Shown: positions 60,285 to 64,000 of the stretch, piece by piece | Layout of the letters: each line of letters begins with the position of its first letter | Numbering within the stretch: position 1 is the first letter of the stretch | Assembly: GCA_001784175.1 (NCBI GenBank) | Contig: MFPR01000020.1 | Location: 124,001 to 188,000 of the forward strand | Length of the DNA stretch: 64,000 nucleotides | From: Candidatus Lindowbacteria bacterium RIFCSPLOWO2_12_FULL_62_27 | GTDB lineage: Bacteria; Lindowbacteria; 2-12-FULL-62-27 | Direction of reading: 5' to 3' | Notes under the pieces: model-generated | What the model was told of the DNA's origin: nothing | The model's input: the letters and a program-made list of their open reading frames with translations, nothing else | The model's database searches: none | Translations under genes and position numbers: made by a program

Positions 60285-62683
60285 CGATCACCCTCACCCC
60301 AGCCCTCTCCCGCAAGCGGGAGAGGGGGAGGGGCGCCGGTCAATTCGGTGCCTGTATCCAGATTTCGGGCGATGTGAATTCTCTGGCCGGCGTCTCTGAT
60401 TGCTTCCAGCCGGTAGACTACAAAAAATATGGCGCATTTATAAATTTCAGAAAATTCCCGGAGCAGTTCAAGGATTTCCGTTTCCAAGCCGGGGTCCAGG
60501 GCGTCGATGACCTCGTCCAGCAGCAAGATTTTTGGCCTGCGCAGGAGCGCGCGCGCCAAGGCCAATCGTTTCCGTTCTCCGTGGGACAGCGATTGTGGGC
60601 CATCCAGTTTCAGGAGCAGCCCGCCCCGCCGCTCGATCATGTCCCATAATTTTACCTTTCTCAGAATTCCCTCGGCTTCGTCGGCGTCCGGCGGTCGGTT
60701 CAGTCCCAAGGACAGATTTTCCAGGACCGTGCCGTGAACGATCACGTCATCCGTTGGGACCATGACGACATGATTGCCCCATTCGATTTCACCGATTGAA
60801 TGGATCGGGATTTTGTCGATTCTGATCTCTCCGCTCGTGGGTAGAACGGTTTGATTTAGAACCAGCAGGAAAGTCGTCTTCCCTGCCCCGCTCGGTCCTG
60901 TGATCGCCGTCAATCCCTCCAATCTGTATTTCCCATGTACCGTCCAAAGAAGATGGCCGCCGTCTGGAGCATAACAAGTCAGCTTTTCCAAACGCAGGGT
61001 CTTGGGATTCTCGGGGAATTTTTCCCGGCCGGGCGCGATGCCGTCCATGGCGTCGTGTTGCCGATAGACCTCAAGGAACCTTCTGGCCCTGACAAGCACC
61101 CGCTGGATGTCCGGGCCGATATCGAACAGATCGAGGATGGGCGACAGGATCAGGGCGAACCAAGCGCCGATTCCAAAGGCGAAGCCCGGATCGAGTTCGC
61201 CATTTTTGACCGCAAGGATGGCCTGAACGATCAAGAGGACCGGCCCGATGGTCGCCAATGCATGGACCGCGACGTGGACCGCGCCGGATATGATTTGAAG
61301 TTTGACCTGTTCGTCCCTGAAGGGCGATGCCTTCTCTCGTACCCGGCGAAGCGCGTCTCGCAGGATGCGCATGGCGCGGATCGAATCCGCCTTGCCAAGA
61401 ACCTCCACCATCCGTTCGTTGGTCTGGCCGCGCAGACGCGCTATGCCCCACGAGTAGTGATAAACAAGGGCGCTGAAAACGGCGTATAAAACACCGATGA
61501 CTACGACGAGAACGGTTAGTTGTACGACGAAGTTCAGCGGCAACATAAACAGAAAAATCGGCAGTGGAAGCAAATGGGCCAGCCCTGTCGCAAATGTTGT
61601 GACGATTGAAATGGTTCCATCGAAGGCGGCATCGGCGTCGTCGAATCGCGTCAACAACTCCCCGGCCGGGTAACGCGTTTTGCGCTTCAGGACTCGTTGC
61701 ACAAATTTCAGTTGCCATTGCAGCCACAAGGAACTCACGGCGGAGGATTCGTAGGCTTCTTTCGTTGCGGAAACAACCAAGCCCACAACGACCAATAGTC
61801 CGATGATCCCGGCGCCCATGAGAATTTCGTTTATTTCGCCCGCGTGCCATATCGACGCGATGAGAAACGGCACAGGAACGAGGAGCAATGAGGAGACGAT
61901 GTCGAAAACGAACAATGTGGCGGGAATTCGCCAGTAAGGTTTCAGGAGCCGCAGCATTCCAAAGATGGGCCAGAGGCGCGATCTTTCCTGCCGGAAAAGG
62001 TCTGTAAAGAAAGTGAACGGGTGCCAGAAAACAGATAAGGGTCCGAAACGTTCCTGTGACATCCATCGTCGTGTAAACGACCTCGGCGGTGGAAAAGTCT
62101 CTTTCAAAATATTGATGAACCGATGAAGTCCTTCCAGTTTGTCGGCGATGTTGTTCAACCGGACCACGTCACCAGCCGTGATGGATAGTTGCAAGTCGAT
62201 GTCAGCCAGCCGGGGAATTCTTTGGCCCGGTGGCGGGGCCCATCGACAGGCCAGTGCGAAGGCCGCGTCGATCGCCGCCCAGAGCGCGATGTCAAGAAGG
62301 GGGAGAGCATCCGCGCTGCCGCCCGCCCGAAGCGCCGCGTCCCGTTTTGAAAAAAAGTCTTCCCACAGACTTGCGGCCTCTGACGGGGTGAGGGGATGGG
62401 GTCTTTCCCACGCTTGGGATGCCATCGATATAAACGTGTCGGCCATGCCGGAAACAGCTTTCCCCTGAGCGATCTTTCGGAAGAAGGGGCCGTTTCGTTG
62501 TCTTCGCGCCGTTATTCTCTCTATGAGGTCGCTTCGGCTCGTGTAATCGACAACGAAGTCCCGGACGTTCTCCGAGTGGGTCTCTCGGGTTCTCGGGCCG
62601 GCGGTTGTGACAACCAGAAATTCGTTGTCCGAGAACCGGATGACCGCTTCTGTTCCGGAGGACTTTAGAAAATCAAGAGCCAT
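60281..62683 (-). CDS. ABC exporter (TMD+NBD, type I secretion/bacteriocin-export-like) with unknown ~240-aa N-terminal domain
   Basis: TMD from LRLLKPYWR, GELLTRF; Walker A GPSGAGKT, LSHGERKRLALARALL, Walker B ILLLDE. Confidence 0.9.
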   Translation of the reverse strand: MALDFLKSSGTEAVIRFSDNEFLVVTTAGPRTRETHSENVRDFVVDYTSRSDLIERITARRQRNGPFFRKIAQGKAVSGMADTFISMASQAWERPHPLTPSEAASLWEDFFSKRDAALRAGGSADALPLLDIALWAAIDAAFALACRWAPPPGQRIPRLADIDLQLSITAGDVVRLNNIADKLEGLHRFINILKETFPPPRSFTRRWMSQERFGPLSVFWHPFTFFTDLFRQERSRLWPIFGMLRLLKPYWRIPATLFVFDIVSSLLLVPVPFLIASIWHAGEINEILMGAGIIGLLVVVGLVVSATKEAYESSAVSSLWLQWQLKFVQRVLKRKTRYPAGELLTRFDDADAAFDGTISIVTTFATGLAHLLPLPIFLFMLPLNFVVQLTVLVVVIGVLYAVFSALVYHYSWGIARLRGQTNERMVEVLGKADSIRAMRILRDALRRVREKASPFRDEQVKLQIISGAVHVAVHALATIGPVLLIVQAILAVKNGELDPGFAFGIGAWFALILSPILDLFDIGPDIQRVLVRARRFLEVYRQHDAMDGIAPGREKFPENPKTLRLEKLTCYAPDGGHLLWTVHGKYRLEGLTAITGPSGAGKTTFLLVLNQTVLPTSGEIRIDKIPIHSIGEIEWGNHVVMVPTDDVIVHGTVLENLSLGLNRPPDADEAEGILRKVKLWDMIERRGGLLLKLDGPQSLSHGERKRLALARALLRRPKILLLDEVIDALDPGLETEILELLREFSEIYKCAIFFVVYRLEAIRDAGQRIHIARNLDTGTELTGAPPPLPLAGEGWGEGDR
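60290..60333. repeat. REP-like palindromic element inside the 3' end of the ABC gene
   Basis: CCCTCACCCCAGCCCTCTCCCGCAAGCGGGAGAGGGG; same family as 9112-9149. Confidence 0.75.
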
Positions 62684-62689
62684 GGGGGG

Positions 62690-63472
62690 CTATTGTCCAA
62701 ACTTGATAACCGCTCCCTCCGGCCTTTGGGCCAGGAGCACACCAAACAGAGAGCCTTTGTAATGTACGGCCTCGACGACCACTTCCGATCCGATTGGAGG
62801 GACGGTCGTATCCGTGAATGCGACGGTGCAGTTGACATGAGATTCATAAGAACGGTTCGGCCGGATGAGGCCAACACCCCGGAAAACAACTCTGCCTGAA
62901 TAACGCTTGCCCCAGACATCCGTTATCGAAACAAGAGAGCCTTCGCCAAACGCCCTAAACCCGCGTTCGGGCACAGGCACATCAATTGTCGGAGAATCCG
63001 ATTGATAAATACGAAACAGCGGTCGGTCTTCGATGACCGTGCGGCCTTCCTCCAAAAAATCGAATAATTCGACGATCCCGGTCACGGGTGCGCGAAGAAC
63101 CACGGCCTTCATATTCTCTTCGAGCCGCTGCATCCGCGTTTTGACGTGTTCATCTCGCGGGAGCGGTATGTCAATCCATCCAGTTTCGAGTTTGGATTGT
63201 AAAGATGAGATTTCATCTGCGAAGCCGCCCGTATCCAGAATCAGGACGGGATCGCCCGCAGAAACCTTCACGCCTGTTGAGGCGACGATTTTTTTCAGAG
63301 GCGCCTTAAACGGTGCGGAGACCAGGATGGTCTTGCCGGTCACTGTTCCGGCCGCCGGAACCACGATGCGGACGGGAACGAATATTGTCAGGGCGACAGC
63401 GACCATGACCGCGAGGCCCAAAACGGTCCTGCCGATTCGAGCGATGAATTTGGGTGAAATCCAGCGGTTCAT
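62690..63472 (-). CDS. HlyD-family membrane fusion protein (short)
   Basis: N-terminal TM, lipoyl-like halves VSAGDPVLILD and LRAPVTGIV around a short helical hairpin. Confidence 0.78.
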   Translation of the reverse strand: MNRWISPKFIARIGRTVLGLAVMVAVALTIFVPVRIVVPAAGTVTGKTILVSAPFKAPLKKIVASTGVKVSAGDPVLILDTGGFADEISSLQSKLETGWIDIPLPRDEHVKTRMQRLEENMKAVVLRAPVTGIVELFDFLEEGRTVIEDRPLFRIYQSDSPTIDVPVPERGFRAFGEGSLVSITDVWGKRYSGRVVFRGVGLIRPNRSYESHVNCTVAFTDTTVPPIGSEVVVEAVHYKGSLFGVLLAQRPEGAVIKFGQ

Positions 63473-64000
63473 TCTTCCACGTCCGTCGATTTTTCTTCAA
63501 TCAGTTCCTTGTTCAAGGCGACAAGAGACGATCCCGGTGAGCCCGGATAGGGCGTTGGATTCTCCATAAACAGTCTGTCGCACTGGGGACAGCTTGTCAC
63601 ATCCGGCTGTAAATCGAGAGACCTCTTTTTTCCATCCTCGCGCGGTGGGACAAGGTGAACGAAACTCGACGGCGAGTACCATTCGGCGGGAGGCTTGCCG
63701 CCCACGCGCCTGAGAAGGTCCTCCGCCAGATCCAACAGCGTCTTCACCGCGCTCATGAACGCCGTTTTTGAAGCGGAGGCTCGGCCAAGATAAGGCGACA
63801 TGCCGCGGGCCAGGTCGTGACTGTTGGTGATCCGGCGGCTGATGCTCGCCACTTCCAGATAAATCTTGAACAGGAGGTCCATCGATTGGTCCCCTCGGGC
63901 CAACAGTTCATTGAGGTTGTCGATCCACGTATCGAGACGAATCCGGTGATGGAACAATTCGCGCGATGGGATGAGGCGCGTTCGATGAGCGTTCTCGGCG
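63469..64000 (-). CDS. Hypothetical protein, 5' end beyond window, C-terminal CxxC
   Basis: Frame stays open to the window edge (AENAHRTRLIPSRELFHHR..); CPQC; ATGA overlap with the HlyD gene. Confidence 0.65.
   Translation of the reverse strand, partial: AENAHRTRLIPSRELFHHRIRLDTWIDNLNELLARGDQSMDLLFKIYLEVASISRRITNSHDLARGMSPYLGRASASKTAFMSAVKTLLDLAEDLLRRVGGKPPAEWYSPSSFVHLVPPREDGKKRSLDLQPDVTSCPQCDRLFMENPTPYPGSPGSSLVALNKELIEEKSTDVEE

Overview
GC-rich bacterial chromosome segment from a probable diderm (AsmA-like protein, outer-membrane beta-barrel, HlyD/ABC exporter) with some Firmicutes-like gene order. Positions 1-52550 are mostly housekeeping: the heme cluster (sirC-ccsA/hemX-hemA-hemC), acpS-nnr, rlmN, acs coupled to a lone BMC-T shell gene, class-V aminotransferase-serA-hisZ, tig-clpP-clpX and lon (split by a two-component insert), ctaA-ctaB-DUF420, a SigH-like sigma factor, degP and tmk-yaaR-holB-ricT-metG-tatD. 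There is also a four-gene surface-protein module (CFI-box-CTERM-like protein, beta-barrel, SLH-like protein, FecR). After tatD the sequence turns visibly more AT-rich and accessory: a TPR protein, an HExxH protein with a partner gene, and a frameshifted secreted MtnN. The most interesting part is a tightly coupled minus-strand operon: [unknown CxxC protein]-HlyD-ABC exporter with degenerate ATPase motifs-group II-like reverse transcriptase with a ~155 aa N-terminal extension and no recognisable intron RNA. It is followed directly by a ~150 nt highly structured non-coding element and a small basic ORF with a strong RBS. No rRNA, tRNA, CRISPR array, integrase or transposase was recognised. All calls come from reading motifs by eye; no searches were run.
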